DNA of 64,000 nt, from assembly GCA_964620675.1 (NCBI GenBank), contig CAZUJU010000015.1, forward strand, positions 449 to 64,448, read 5' to 3'. Source of the DNA: an uncultured Thiotrichales bacterium (GTDB lineage: Bacteria; Pseudomonadota; Gammaproteobacteria; UWMA-0217). Position numbers and translations under genes: made by a program. Every line of letters starts with the position of its first letter. The stretch's first letter is position 1. Positions 40,350 to 49,758 of this stretch are shown here, one piece after another. Below the pieces are notes generated by a model. It searched no databases. It saw nothing but the letters and a program-made list of their open reading frames with translations, and was not told the origin of the DNA.

Positions 40350-42048
40350 GTTCGGTCACCCAGTTCTTGATCAGTTGCGCAACCCGCTTCGGGTCTTCCG
40401 CCGCCATTGTGCGCGCCATGTCGAGCATGTCTTCGTAGGCCACTTGCGGTGGCGGCAACATCGGTACGCCGTGCGCGTCATGCGACAGGGTCAGACGATC
40501 CGCTTCAAGTTCGCGTTCGCGCGCGGCCAGTTCTTTTTCTTCCAAGGTCGCCTCCAGTGTCGGCAGGGCAGCGGCTGCGGGTGCAATAGGTGTGGCCTGT
40601 TTCAGGTTGCGCAGCGCCGGGCGAAACACCATCAGGATCAGCAGCAATACACCGATCCCCGCGAGCACCTGCTTGCCGAGGCCCCACACCCAGGGTTGCT
40701 CCCACAACGGCGGCGGTGCGATCGGTTCGATCGCGGCGACCGGCTGGAAGCTCTGGTTGATCACGAACACGCTGTCGCCGCGTTGCTCGTTGAAGCCGAC
40801 CGCTTCCTTGACCAGCCGGGTGAGATTGTCGAGCTCGCCGGCGTCGAGTGCCTTGGTGGTGGCCTGACCGTTGTCGATGACGGTCTTGTCGTCTACCAGG
40901 ACCGCGACCGAGACCCGCTTGATCCCGCCCTGTGAGCGACGGGTATGGGTGATGGTGCGATCGAGCTCGTAGTTGCGGGTGGCCTGTTTGCTGGTCGAGG
41001 TCGGCGTCTTGTTCTCGCCATTCTGCTGCGCCGCATTGGGATCGGTTTCGCCGGCATCGGGTGGCTGGTTGGTCAGGGCACCGGGAATCCCCAGCGCGGC
41101 GATCGAGCCTTTGGTCTCCTGATCCTGAACCTGCTCACTGCGCACCTTGCCTTCGCTCGGCTCGTACAGCTCCTGGGTCTGTTCGTTCTCGGAAAAATCG
41201 GCATCGACATTGACCTTGGCGCGGACCTTGCCCGGGCCCACGACCGCCGTCAGCAATTCCTCCACCCGCGCGACGAAGCGGTTTTCGAGTTCGGCGACGT
41301 AGGCAAGTTGCTTGCGCGAGGCCTGCGCGCCGTTGGCGCCGTCGCCGCTGGAGAGCAGCCGACCCCATTGATCGACAATCGTGACATCGGACGACTCCAT
41401 GTACGAAATGCTCGACGCCACGAGGTGCACGATCGCGGCAACCTGGCCGTCTTCCAACGTGCGACCGGACTGGAGTTTGACCATCACCGACGCGGAGGGC
41501 TTGGCGCGCTCGCGGATGAACACGGATTGCTTGGGTAAGGCCAGATGCACCCGCGCGGTTTCGACGTTGCGCATGCTGGAAATGGTGCGCGAGAGCTCGG
41601 TCTCCAGCGCGTGCTGGTAGCGTGCGTTTTCAACAAAGCGGCTGGTGCCGAGGGCTTGATCCTGGCGCAGCATTTCGAGCCCGACGTTGGCGCTCTGTGG
41701 CAGACCCTCGGCGGAGAGCTTGATCCGCGCCGCGTCGAGTCGATCCTGTGGAATCAGAACCAGGCCGCTGCCGCTCTCGATTTGATACGGAATATTGTCG
41801 GCGCGCAGCACATCGGTGATGCGCTGAATATCGTCCCGCGCGACGCGATCGAACACCGGTACCATGCTCGGCTTGGAGGCCCACATGATCAGGCCGATGC
41901 CGAGCGTGGCCGCCGCGGCGAGCGAGGCCAGCGTGCCCAGCTGCTGGTAGAGCGTGCCGCTTTCCAGCAGTTGCCGCCAGAACGGCTGTTCGCCGCCGGG
42001 CGTGCCACCGGTCGGCGGCAAGGACTTACTCAATGTGGTCTCGTTCAT
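40342..42048 (-). CDS. fliF: Flagellar MS-ring protein FliF
   Basis: ARVHLALPKQSVF, PSASV, GIPGALTNQPP and NYELDRTI motifs. Confidence 0.96.
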   Translation of the reverse strand: MNETTLSKSLPPTGGTPGGEQPFWRQLLESGTLYQQLGTLASLAAAATLGIGLIMWASKPSMVPVFDRVARDDIQRITDVLRADNIPYQIESGSGLVLIPQDRLDAARIKLSAEGLPQSANVGLEMLRQDQALGTSRFVENARYQHALETELSRTISSMRNVETARVHLALPKQSVFIRERAKPSASVMVKLQSGRTLEDGQVAAIVHLVASSISYMESSDVTIVDQWGRLLSSGDGANGAQASRKQLAYVAELENRFVARVEELLTAVVGPGKVRAKVNVDADFSENEQTQELYEPSEGKVRSEQVQDQETKGSIAALGIPGALTNQPPDAGETDPNAAQQNGENKTPTSTSKQATRNYELDRTITHTRRSQGGIKRVSVAVLVDDKTVIDNGQATTKALDAGELDNLTRLVKEAVGFNEQRGDSVFVINQSFQPVAAIEPIAPPPLWEQPWVWGLGKQVLAGIGVLLLILMVFRPALRNLKQATPIAPAAAALPTLEATLEEKELAARERELEADRLTLSHDAHGVPMLPPPQVAYEDMLDMARTMAAEDPKRVAQLIKNWVTERG

Positions 42049-42099
42049 GTGCTTACTCGGGTATTACCTGGTCACAGTCGCTGGCGTCGTTGGGTCGCG

Positions 42100-42426
42100 T
42101 CAGACCGGCATGTTCATGATTTCTTTGTAGGCGTCGATCAGCTTGTTACGCACGCGCAGCAGCGTCTCGAAGGCGATGCGCGATTTTTGCGATTCGAGCA
42201 TCACCTGCGGCAAATCGACCCCGGGCTCACCGAGTTCGAAGGCCTCGCGCAAACGCCCGCTGACCTGTTGCCGGCGATTGACGTTGCGGATCGATTCCTG
42301 CAATAGACCGCTGAATTCGGCGCCCGGTGTCGTCCCCGGGGTGCCGCTGCGGGCGCCTTGCAGACCGGCTTGCTGAGCCAGCGCGCGCAGTTGCGACAAT
42401 ACTTGTTGTGAGCTGATGGGTTCCAT
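42100..42426 (-). CDS. fliE: Flagellar hook-basal body protein FliE
   Basis: VRNKLIDAYKEIMNMPV C-terminus. Confidence 0.95.
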   Translation of the reverse strand: MEPISSQQVLSQLRALAQQAGLQGARSGTPGTTPGAEFSGLLQESIRNVNRRQQVSGRLREAFELGEPGVDLPQVMLESQKSRIAFETLLRVRNKLIDAYKEIMNMPV

Positions 42427-42469
42427 CGCGACAGTCTCCCTTTGTCTCGTTTATGTCACAGTTCGTCAT

Positions 42470-43804
42470 TCACGCGTCGGGCACTGGGATGCCGGCCTCA
42501 CGCATCCGCGCCAATTTGTAACGCAGGGTGCGCGGACTGATACCGAGCTTTTCGGCTGCGTACTTGCGGCTGCCGTGCCCTGCCTGCAAGGCCTTGAGGA
42601 TGATCTGGTACTCATGCGACCTGAGATCGGAGTTCAACGGTGCGTCGGGGTCGAGCACCGGCAGTGCTCGCGGCTCATCCCGCGCGGCTTCGAAGTGCAG
42701 GTCGTTCACATCGATATGGATGCCGTTGCAGAGCACCAGGGCGCGCTGAACCACATTGCCAAGTTCGCGGATATTTCCCGGCCAGTCGTAGTCCTCGAGG
42801 CGCATCGACGCGGCGGCGGTCAGCACCGGTACGCGTTGGCCGAGCGCGCTGTGACGCCGAATCAGGTGATTCGCCAGTGCGACCACATCGGCGGGGCGCT
42901 CGCGTAGCGGCGCCAGACGCAACGGGAACACATTGAGCCGATAGAACAGATCCTCACGGAAGCGCCCGGCGCGAACTTCCTCGATCAGATTGCGGTTGGT
43001 GGTGGCGAGCACGCGCACGTCGAGGACGATGGTCTTGCGCCCGCCGATCCGTTCCACCTCGCGCTCCTGCAGCACCCGCAACAGCTTGGCTTGCAGCCCG
43101 AGATCCATTTCCGAGATTTCGTCGAGCAGCAGGGTGCCACCCTGGGCGAGTTCGAACTTGCCCGGATTTGAGTTCAACGCGCCAGTAAACGAGCCTTTTT
43201 CGTGACCGAACAGCACCGCCTCCAGCATGTTGACCGGAATTGCCGCACAGTTGATCGCGATGAACGGTTTGTTGTGGCGCAGCGAATTGGCGTGGACGAA
43301 ACGCGCCAGGACTTCCTTGCCGGTGCCACTTTCGCCGGAGATCAACACCGACACATCGGTGACCGCAACCTTGCGCGCCAACTGCAGCAATTCGCGCGAA
43401 TAGGGGTCCTTCGCGATGAAGGCGTCGTCGCCCGCCTCGATGTTCGGGAGCAGGCGCTTGCAGGTCGCGAGCAACTGATCGATCTTGAGCGGCCGCAACA
43501 GATAGTCGGCGGCGCCCTCGCGCATAGCTTGAACGGCCTTTTCGATCGCGCCGACATAAGTGATCAGCACGACCGGTAAATCAGGGCGCACGGCCTTGAG
43601 CTTCGCGAGTAAAGCATGACCATCGATCGGCTCCATCGCTTCCTCTACCACCAACAGGTTCGGAGCCAGTTGTTCCACCAGTTGCAGCGTGTGTTCCGGC
43701 GAGGTCTGAAGGGTGACGGTGAAGCCCTGTTCCTGAAGCACGTCGCGCAGTGCGTTCGCAAGCGGTGCGTCGGGGGTCACGATCAGTACATGTCTATCGC
43801 TCAT
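42470..43804 (-). CDS. fleR: sigma54 enhancer-binding protein FleR/FlrC with an atypical (pseudo-)receiver domain
   Basis: [15 protein letters not shown]-terminal [17 protein letters not shown]; immediately upstream of fliE. Confidence 0.9.
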   Translation of the reverse strand: MSDRHVLIVTPDAPLANALRDVLQEQGFTVTLQTSPEHTLQLVEQLAPNLLVVEEAMEPIDGHALLAKLKAVRPDLPVVLITYVGAIEKAVQAMREGAADYLLRPLKIDQLLATCKRLLPNIEAGDDAFIAKDPYSRELLQLARKVAVTDVSVLISGESGTGKEVLARFVHANSLRHNKPFIAINCAAIPVNMLEAVLFGHEKGSFTGALNSNPGKFELAQGGTLLLDEISEMDLGLQAKLLRVLQEREVERIGGRKTIVLDVRVLATTNRNLIEEVRAGRFREDLFYRLNVFPLRLAPLRERPADVVALANHLIRRHSALGQRVPVLTAAASMRLEDYDWPGNIRELGNVVQRALVLCNGIHIDVNDLHFEAARDEPRALPVLDPDAPLNSDLRSHEYQIILKALQAGHGSRKYAAEKLGISPRTLRYKLARMREAGIPVPDA

Positions 43805-44056
43805 TCGCGGGAACTCCTTTCCTGTTGCTCTGACCCGGCTCGGCATTGGGCTGGGCGAATTCGATCATTGGCGCGCTCGATCGCCGCATGTTCTTCCTGA
43901 ACAGCACGTTCAAGCGGCTGGAACGTGCGGCGTGAAACCGCCGGCCGCGGGTGGGGATGCGTCCTTGCATCAGCTTTCTAACTCCTTGTCAGCGTGTTTT
44001 TGAGTATCGTTGTTTTCGGTTGAGCGATTGAGGCTCGGCCGGGTGGGTGGTTCGGT

Positions 44057-45448
44057 TCAGTAGGTCAGCTCCTCGCGCTCGAGCTGGAATTTGCGCATTT
44101 TCTCGACCAGGGTGGTTCGGCGCAAATTGAGCAGTTTCGCGGCCTGCGCGACGACGCCATCGGCTTTGGTCAAGGCTTGGCGGATGTACTTGAGTTCCAG
44201 ATCATTCAAGTGGTTCTTGAGGTCGAACTCGCCATTGTTGAGATCGAGTTCGGCGGCCTCATCGCTCAACCACTCTTCGGGATCCGCCGGTTGCACGGCG
44301 ATCGGACGACCGCCACGATACTTCTCCGGCAGGTCGGCCGCGGTGACGCTCATGTTCGGGTACAGGATCCGCAGGCGCTCGATCAGGTTGGCGAGTTCGC
44401 GCACGTTACCGGGCCAGGGATACGCCATCAGCACCTCGAGCGCATGGCGGTCAAGCCGAAATGCACCTTTCTCGGGGGCCATGCGACTGATCATCGATTC
44501 CACCAGGGCCGGGATGTCCTCGCGCCGCGCGCGCAGCGGGGGCATTTCGATCGGAAAAACGTTCAAGCGGTAGAACAGGTCCTCGCGGAATTTGCCTTCC
44601 GCGATGCTCGATTCGAGGTTCTGGTGGGTCGCCGCAACAATCCTGACATCGGCCTGCAGCGAGCGGTTGCTGCCGACGCGCTCGTAGCTGCGTTCCTGCA
44701 GAACGCGCAATAACTTCACTTGCATACTGAAGTTCATATCGCCGATCTCGTCGAGAAACAGCGAGCCGCCGTCCGCCAGTTCGAAACGCCCGGCGCGGGC
44801 GGTGATTGCGCCGGTGAACGCGCCTTTTTCGTGTCCGAACAGTTCACTTTCCAGCAATTCTCCGGGAATCGCGCCGCAGTTCACCGGCACGAACGGACGT
44901 TCCGAGCGCGCCGAGGTGCGGTGAATCATCCGTGCGACGATTTCCTTGCCGGTGCCCGACTCGCCCAGGATCAAAACGCTTGCATCGGTGTGCGCTACTT
45001 TCTCGATCAGGTCGCGCACGCGCCGAATGGCAACGCTGTCGCCTTCGAGCGACTGCGGCGTTATGTTCTGGCGCCGCCGGGGGGCCGGTGGCGCGGCGGG
45101 TTGCGTGCGCGCGAGCGTCTCCTGAAGTTGACGATAAGTGCACGGCAGCGGCAGGACCGAATCGAAACCGGTGCTGTCGTAGGCGTTGGGTGAGGACATG
45201 CCGGAAATAAACAGCACCAATGCGGTGCCTGCGGGCGCGACGGCGCAGGTTTCCCGAATGCGTGTCAGTTCTGCGGGTGTGTCGACCGCGGCACAGATCG
45301 CAACGTAGTGCTCGGTGCCTATCGCGACCGCCTCGGGCGCAGAGATCGCCTGCGTATCCACCGCGAAATCGAGAAACTCGAGCATCTCGGCGACGCGCCG
45401 GGACAGTCCGGCGTTGTTGCCTAACACGAGTGCGCGTTGTTCTGCCAT
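44057..45448 (-). CDS. fleQ: Flagellar master regulator FleQ/FlrA
   Basis: FleQ-type N-domain; GESGTGKE; GAFTGA; C-terminal [12 protein letters not shown]. Confidence 0.92.
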   Translation of the reverse strand: MAEQRALVLGNNAGLSRRVAEMLEFLDFAVDTQAISAPEAVAIGTEHYVAICAAVDTPAELTRIRETCAVAPAGTALVLFISGMSSPNAYDSTGFDSVLPLPCTYRQLQETLARTQPAAPPAPRRRQNITPQSLEGDSVAIRRVRDLIEKVAHTDASVLILGESGTGKEIVARMIHRTSARSERPFVPVNCGAIPGELLESELFGHEKGAFTGAITARAGRFELADGGSLFLDEIGDMNFSMQVKLLRVLQERSYERVGSNRSLQADVRIVAATHQNLESSIAEGKFREDLFYRLNVFPIEMPPLRARREDIPALVESMISRMAPEKGAFRLDRHALEVLMAYPWPGNVRELANLIERLRILYPNMSVTAADLPEKYRGGRPIAVQPADPEEWLSDEAAELDLNNGEFDLKNHLNDLELKYIRQALTKADGVVAQAAKLLNLRRTTLVEKMRKFQLEREELTY

Positions 45449-45742
45449 TGTCTCTATCCTTGTGCTCTCTTCCGTGGCGCCAACTGGTCCAGACAGCGAG
45501 GGTTCGCTCGCGGCTGGTTGAAGGTTTCGAGCTTGGAGCCGTGGCCGTATTCCGTGCCCCTTCCTCACTCGTTCCGGAGGAACGGCGCGGGCGGGCGGTC
45601 CGGGGCGACGGTCACAAGTCGTATCCGTGTGAATCGGGTCAATTTGCCGGGGGCTGCAATATAACGCCGTGCTCTTGGCGCAATAGTAGGACGGCGGCGC
45701 GGGAGGGAGTATGAACGCGTTAACAGAATGCTCGTTGCATCC

Positions 45743-45756
45743 GTCAAAAAAATAAC
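45743..45756. promoter_or_regulatory. Possible FleQ-box-like site upstream of fleQ
   Basis: GTCAAAAAAATAAC resembles the Pseudomonas FleQ consensus GTCAnTAAATTGAC; an AT-rich tract lies at about 45805-45860. Confidence 0.3.
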
Positions 45757-45996
45757 GCCTCTTGCGCATGATCAGAACTGGGTCTCATCAGTGCGTGCGG
45801 CGAAAAACTCATAAATGGATCTATATTATTGTTTTTAAACAAATATATTTAATGACTTCGATTCTTGCCGGGCACGCCCGAATGTTGCCAGGGCGGCGAC
45901 AAGGTCTGCCGCCGTGTGGCCTGCAGGCGTTGCCGCCGAGGTGGCGGGCCGGGTTTCCGATTTCCCACCGCTGGTCGGTGTTCGCGGTGGCTTCGG

Positions 45997-46305
45997 TCAG
46001 CTCAGGGTTGCGGAGTAAGCGCGCATGCCGTGCAGATTTCTTTGTGCTCCGGCGAATTCTTCGCGGGTCCGGGTCATCGCGTTGGTCACGTAGTTCACGA
46101 TGGCGGCGTCCATTTGCAGGATGCGCTGGCGCAGCGGAGCGAGGTGTGCCTGGGTGGCGTCGACCGTTGCGTCGCCGAGCAGCGCGAGGAGGTGTCCGCG
46201 TTCGTCGTCGAGCGTGCGCACGCGGTCCCAGTCCTCTTGTTGCGCCGCTTGCAGCATCGCCTCACAGGTGTCGGACAAGGCACACAAGGTCTCGTAGGTG
46301 GTCAT
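45997..46305 (-). CDS. fliT: Flagellar chaperone FliT
   Basis: MLQAAQQEDWD..LDDER and AY near the C-terminus; overlaps the fliS stop. Confidence 0.8.
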   Translation of the reverse strand: MTTYETLCALSDTCEAMLQAAQQEDWDRVRTLDDERGHLLALLGDATVDATQAHLAPLRQRILQMDAAIVNYVTNAMTRTREEFAGAQRNLHGMRAYSATLS

Positions 46306-46712
46306 GCCGCCGCTCCGCTCTGCACCCGTTGTTCCGGCGGAATGTTGTTCCAGGCGCCGCGCAGGCCGTCGATCAACCCGGCGACTTCCTCCAGCAGCGT
46401 GACGTCGCTGGTTCGGTTGGCTTCGAACAGCCGGCGTTGCATGTAGTCATAGAGCGCGTCAAGATTCTGCGAGATCTCGCCGCCGGCAGGGCGTAGTCCG
46501 GCCTTCAATTCGACCACGATATCGATCGCCTGGGTGATGCAGCGGCCTTTGGCGGCGATTTCGTTGCGTGCGAGGTGCCCTTTGGCGCGGGCGATTTTCT
46601 CCAGGGCGCCGCCGTACAACATGTCCACCAGCTTGTGGGGATCCGAGGCCAGTGCGTTGCTGTAGTTTCCGACCTGCTGGTAGGCGTTTGCCGCGGTGGC
46701 GTAGCGATTCAT
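46302..46712 (-). CDS. fliS: Flagellin chaperone FliS
   Basis: PHKLVDMLYGGA, NLDALYDYM and AW motifs. Confidence 0.94.
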   Translation of the reverse strand: MNRYATAANAYQQVGNYSNALASDPHKLVDMLYGGALEKIARAKGHLARNEIAAKGRCITQAIDIVVELKAGLRPAGGEISQNLDALYDYMQRRLFEANRTSDVTLLEEVAGLIDGLRGAWNNIPPEQRVQSGAAA

Positions 46713-46856
46713 TGACTGTGCTCCTGAGCTTGTTGTTGGATTTTCCGGTATCTGATAGCGAGCAAACGCTTGTGGGCGGTCAGGCGCCGATGCTTGACCG
46801 CACCTGGCGTCGCGCTGGGGTTCTGGCGCCGAACCTCGGCCGCACTCGGCTGCTCA

Positions 46857-48137
46857 TCACGACGACTTGAATCGTTGTGCAAGAAATGAACTGGTCTGGT
46901 TCAGTTTGGCGACCAGCGAGTCCATGGCGCCGAACTGTTTGCGCATGCGTGCCTCGACACTCACCATTCGTGCCTCGAAGCGCTCCATCTGTAAATCGAT
47001 CGATTTTTTGCGGTTGCCGAGGCCGTCGGTGCGAGTCTGGATGAAACCGTCACTTTGGGTGTAGCGCTCGAACGCGTCGGCGATCCGCTTCGCGAAGCCG
47101 TTGTCTTTGTCGGTGAAGAACGCGACCACATTGGCGAGGTTGTCCTTGATCTGATCATTGGCCTTGGTGGTGTTGACGCTCATCACGCCTTCCTTGCTAT
47201 AGGTCATGCCGAAGTCGATCGCGGACACGTTGGCGCCTGCCGCGTTGGTAAAGTTGCCGAACATCTGGCTACGCAGCGATGACTCGATCCCGACCAGCAT
47301 CCCCTCGCCTTTGAGGTCGTCCGTGCGCAGGCTCTTGATACGGTTGATCAAGGTGTTGTAAGCGCTGGTGAAGTCCTGCATCGATTTCGTCATCGCGCCG
47401 TTGTCGGCCGCGGAGGTGATTTCGGTGGTGCCTTTGCCGGTGAGGGTAAGGGTCAGCCCGTCGACGACGCCGGTGATCGTATTCGAGGCGCTGGTGACGC
47501 CAAAACCGTTGACGCTGAGTTCGGCATCCTTCGCTGGCTGCGATTCGGTGAACCCAAACCCTGCGGGGGCGGTGATCTCGTTCGCCAAGCCGGTATTCTT
47601 CGCTGTCAGCACGAGGTAGCTGCCGCCGGTCGCGTTGACGATGCTTGCGCTCATGCCGGTATTGCCACTGGCGTTATTGATCGCGTCGCGGAGCCCTTTC
47701 AGCGAATTGTTGCCGGCGTCGATGGTGATATCGAAGCTCGACGCGCCCGCGGTAAAGGTATGGGTGCCTTCGCCCACCGCCGTGTCGGCGTCGGTGTATG
47801 CCTGGGAGGCCATGCGGTGTGCCTGGGCGAGTTCCGTCACGACGACCGTGTGGTTTTCGGCGGCGGCGCCCGCGCTCGCGCTGACGGTTGCGACCTTCGC
47901 GTCGCTGGTCGAGACGGTGTACTTGGAAAACTGATCCTTGTCGCCAAGTTTTTTCGCCGCGGAGACCAAGTCCGAGATTGCCGTTTTCAATCGACCGTAG
48001 GCGCTGACCTGCACGTCGATCGTGCTTTTCTGTTTCTGTAGCTTGGTCAGCGGTTGGCGTTCGACCTGCATCAGGCCGGAGATCATCGAGTTGATGTCGA
48101 GGCCCGAACCGACGCCGGCCGCGGTTAAAGTTGGCAT
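46857..48137 (-). CDS. fliD: Flagellar filament cap protein FliD
   Basis: GVGSGLDINSMISGLM N-terminus; KQFGAMDSLVAKLN C-terminus. Confidence 0.95.
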   Translation of the reverse strand: MPTLTAAGVGSGLDINSMISGLMQVERQPLTKLQKQKSTIDVQVSAYGRLKTAISDLVSAAKKLGDKDQFSKYTVSTSDAKVATVSASAGAAAENHTVVVTELAQAHRMASQAYTDADTAVGEGTHTFTAGASSFDITIDAGNNSLKGLRDAINNASGNTGMSASIVNATGGSYLVLTAKNTGLANEITAPAGFGFTESQPAKDAELSVNGFGVTSASNTITGVVDGLTLTLTGKGTTEITSAADNGAMTKSMQDFTSAYNTLINRIKSLRTDDLKGEGMLVGIESSLRSQMFGNFTNAAGANVSAIDFGMTYSKEGVMSVNTTKANDQIKDNLANVVAFFTDKDNGFAKRIADAFERYTQSDGFIQTRTDGLGNRKKSIDLQMERFEARMVSVEARMRKQFGAMDSLVAKLNQTSSFLAQRFKSS

Positions 48138-48170
48138 GTGTCGCTCCTGAGTATTATTTTGGCTCGTATA

Positions 48171-48186
48171 TGCATGGTTCGTGCCC
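48171..48186 (-). promoter_or_regulatory. sigma54 promoter for fliD-fliS-fliT
   Basis: GGGCAC-GAACC-ATGCA on the minus strand, 33 nt upstream of the fliD ATG. Confidence 0.65.
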
Positions 48187-48194
48187 GTTCGGCG

Positions 48195-48572
48195 TCAGGT
48201 CAGGGTATCCAGCAATAGACCGAGCGGCGGTTCATCTTTTGGATTGCCCCCCTCCACAAAACGCTGTAAGGCGACGGCCTGTTCCGACGGAATCTGGCGC
48301 ACAACCTCGCCCGTCGCTTGATTGCGTACGACGATTACGCTGTCCTTGACGTCGGCATCGAACGAAAGCTCCATCGACCACGGCAAATCCACGGACAGTT
48401 GCCGGATCGACGCGGCAATCTTCTGCAGGTCCGGTGGCGGTTCGGTCTTTGCGCTCGCTCCGTGTTCCAACGGTTCCGATGGCGTGGCAGCAGGTGCCCC
48501 GCGCGGACTCGTAAAATGCGTATGCAACGCATCGGTGGCACTAATTTTAAGGTTCGGATCGGATGCTGTCAT
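48195..48572 (-). CDS. flaG: Flagellar protein FlaG
   Basis: TGEVVRQIPSE and GLLLD motifs; GGGGAG RBS. Confidence 0.88.
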   Translation of the reverse strand: MTASDPNLKISATDALHTHFTSPRGAPAATPSEPLEHGASAKTEPPPDLQKIAASIRQLSVDLPWSMELSFDADVKDSVIVVRNQATGEVVRQIPSEQAVALQRFVEGGNPKDEPPLGLLLDTLT

Positions 48573-48689
48573 GTTTGTGCTCTCCCCTGTCGGCCTGGGC
48601 CCGAGGTCGCGGAGCGATGGCTCACGCAAGGGCTTCGGCCGCTATTGTTTGGACCGCCCAAGGCCGTAAGTGCCGACACCGTCCGTCAG

Positions 48690-48876
48690 GAAAGATTCGG
48701 GGCCCGAGGCCCCGAATAAGGAGTGGACGATATTATTGTTATTATCAAGTGAGGGCTTCTAGTTACGTCGTTGGGTTATGCTTTCTCGCTTCCATCGATT
48801 TCCGCCTTACCTGGCAGCTGATCCTCGTTCCGTTTACTTCCCTGGGCGCCTTGCCTATGTGACCTTGCGTCCTCAC
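48690..48876 (-). ncRNA. Putative sigma28-dependent sRNA (GGA-rich, A-rich tract, anti-SD, terminator) in the flagellin slot
   Basis: Bounded by a sigma28 promoter and a 10-bp hairpin; six GGA motifs in about 82 nt; no convincing long ORF. Confidence 0.55.
48691..48717 (-). terminator. Intrinsic terminator-like hairpin
   Basis: ATTCGGGGCC-cga-GGCCCCGAAT (10-bp stem) followed on the minus strand by CTTT. Confidence 0.65.
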
Positions 48877-48881
48877 CCGGG

Positions 48882-48908
48882 TTATCGGTCGGCTCCGTCA
48901 GAGCTTTA
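48882..48908 (-). promoter_or_regulatory. sigma28 (FliA) promoter
   Basis: TAAA-N15-ACCGATAA on the minus strand (consensus TAAA-N15-GCCGATAA). Confidence 0.85.
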
Positions 48909-49324
48909 GCGGTGAACCGCCAATTTCGTCGCGCGAGTGCATCAACGGCATAAGTCCGGCCGCGAATGGTAAGGGCCGTGCTTTGGCGGGCGCGATTGGC
49001 AAGCTATTCAGGTCATCATCGCGTGTCGGCACGAAAGCTTCCCCGGGTCTCTCTTTGCTGGGGTGACTTTCCGTTACACCTTCGGAGTGGCCGGTTGTAT
49101 CAAATGAGGCGCGGCATGAACGAGGCGCCCATTCCTAGTCCGGGTGGCAGGGTGGGTTGGACCTGGATAAGCGGTCGCGAGTTCTGCGCTGTTGCGACGT
49201 TCGGAATTGAGACTAACGGCGTTTTCGGGATCTTGAGTCAGGGAGTTCGGGCGGGTCGGATCGACAAAGCAGCGCGGCAGGTTGCGTAGTGGTGCTTCCG
49301 AGCGCGGATCGCGCGGACGTACGC

Positions 49325-49352
49325 AAAAAAAAAGCCGTCCAGTGGGACGGCT
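49325..49352 (-). terminator. Rho-independent terminator
   Basis: AGCCGTCC-cact-GGACGGCT followed by a further 8 T on the minus strand. Confidence 0.88.
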
Positions 49353-49430
49353 AAATAACTCAGGAGGAGTCACATCCAATGAATGTACGGGTGTTATTTT
49401 AGGCCCTAACTATTTGTTTTTGGAATGTCC
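49325..49430 (-). ncRNA. Putative CRP-activated sRNA of about 105 nt with an anti-SD seed
   Basis: Strong terminator; AT-rich body; CTCCTCCTGAG just before the terminator; CRP site and -10 element upstream. Confidence 0.55.
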
Positions 49431-49464
49431 TGATCTATTAAATGCTACCGTTTATCGGAGTGCT

Positions 49465-49480
49465 TGTGAAATCGATCACA
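49465..49480. promoter_or_regulatory. CRP/Vfr binding site
   Basis: TGTGA-AATCGA-TCACA, an exact core consensus; centred about 42 bp from the start implied by the minus-strand TTTAAT -10 at 49442-49437. Confidence 0.75.
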
Positions 49481-49758
49481 GAATCCTGCCGAGTGGTCGC
49501 GAAACGCCTCACGGGGTCGCTGGAATGCGTGGCTTGAACGGCCGATTTCCATTCCCGCGGGGGATGGGGGCGATTACGTCGTCGCTACGCACTGGGGTAG
49601 ACTCGCACGCTTGCCGTGACGGCCGCGGGTCGGATGGGTTTATCGGTCGTTGGCCTCATGGGGGCGCGGATGCAGGTATCGCCCCGCTGCGGTAACCAAC
49701 CGACAGGTGCCTTGCGTCCGCTTGCGGCTCGCGCTTGCGATGGAGGATTCCAGCTCAG

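Noticed and set aside
43805-44056. Possible fleS remnant between fleQ and fleR
   Set aside because: Only about 250 bp, with no visible PAS or histidine-kinase motif
49361-49402. Plus-strand AGGAGGAG followed by a tiny ORF (MNVRVLF)
   Set aside because: Terminator polarity and CRP/-10 geometry favour a minus-strand RNA; the ORF has only 7 codons
48573-49758. Flagellin pseudogene remnant or c-di-GMP riboswitch in the intergenic region
   Set aside because: No flagellin-like N- or C-terminal peptide in the listed ORFs, and no recognisable riboswitch consensus by eye; a covariance-model search would still be needed
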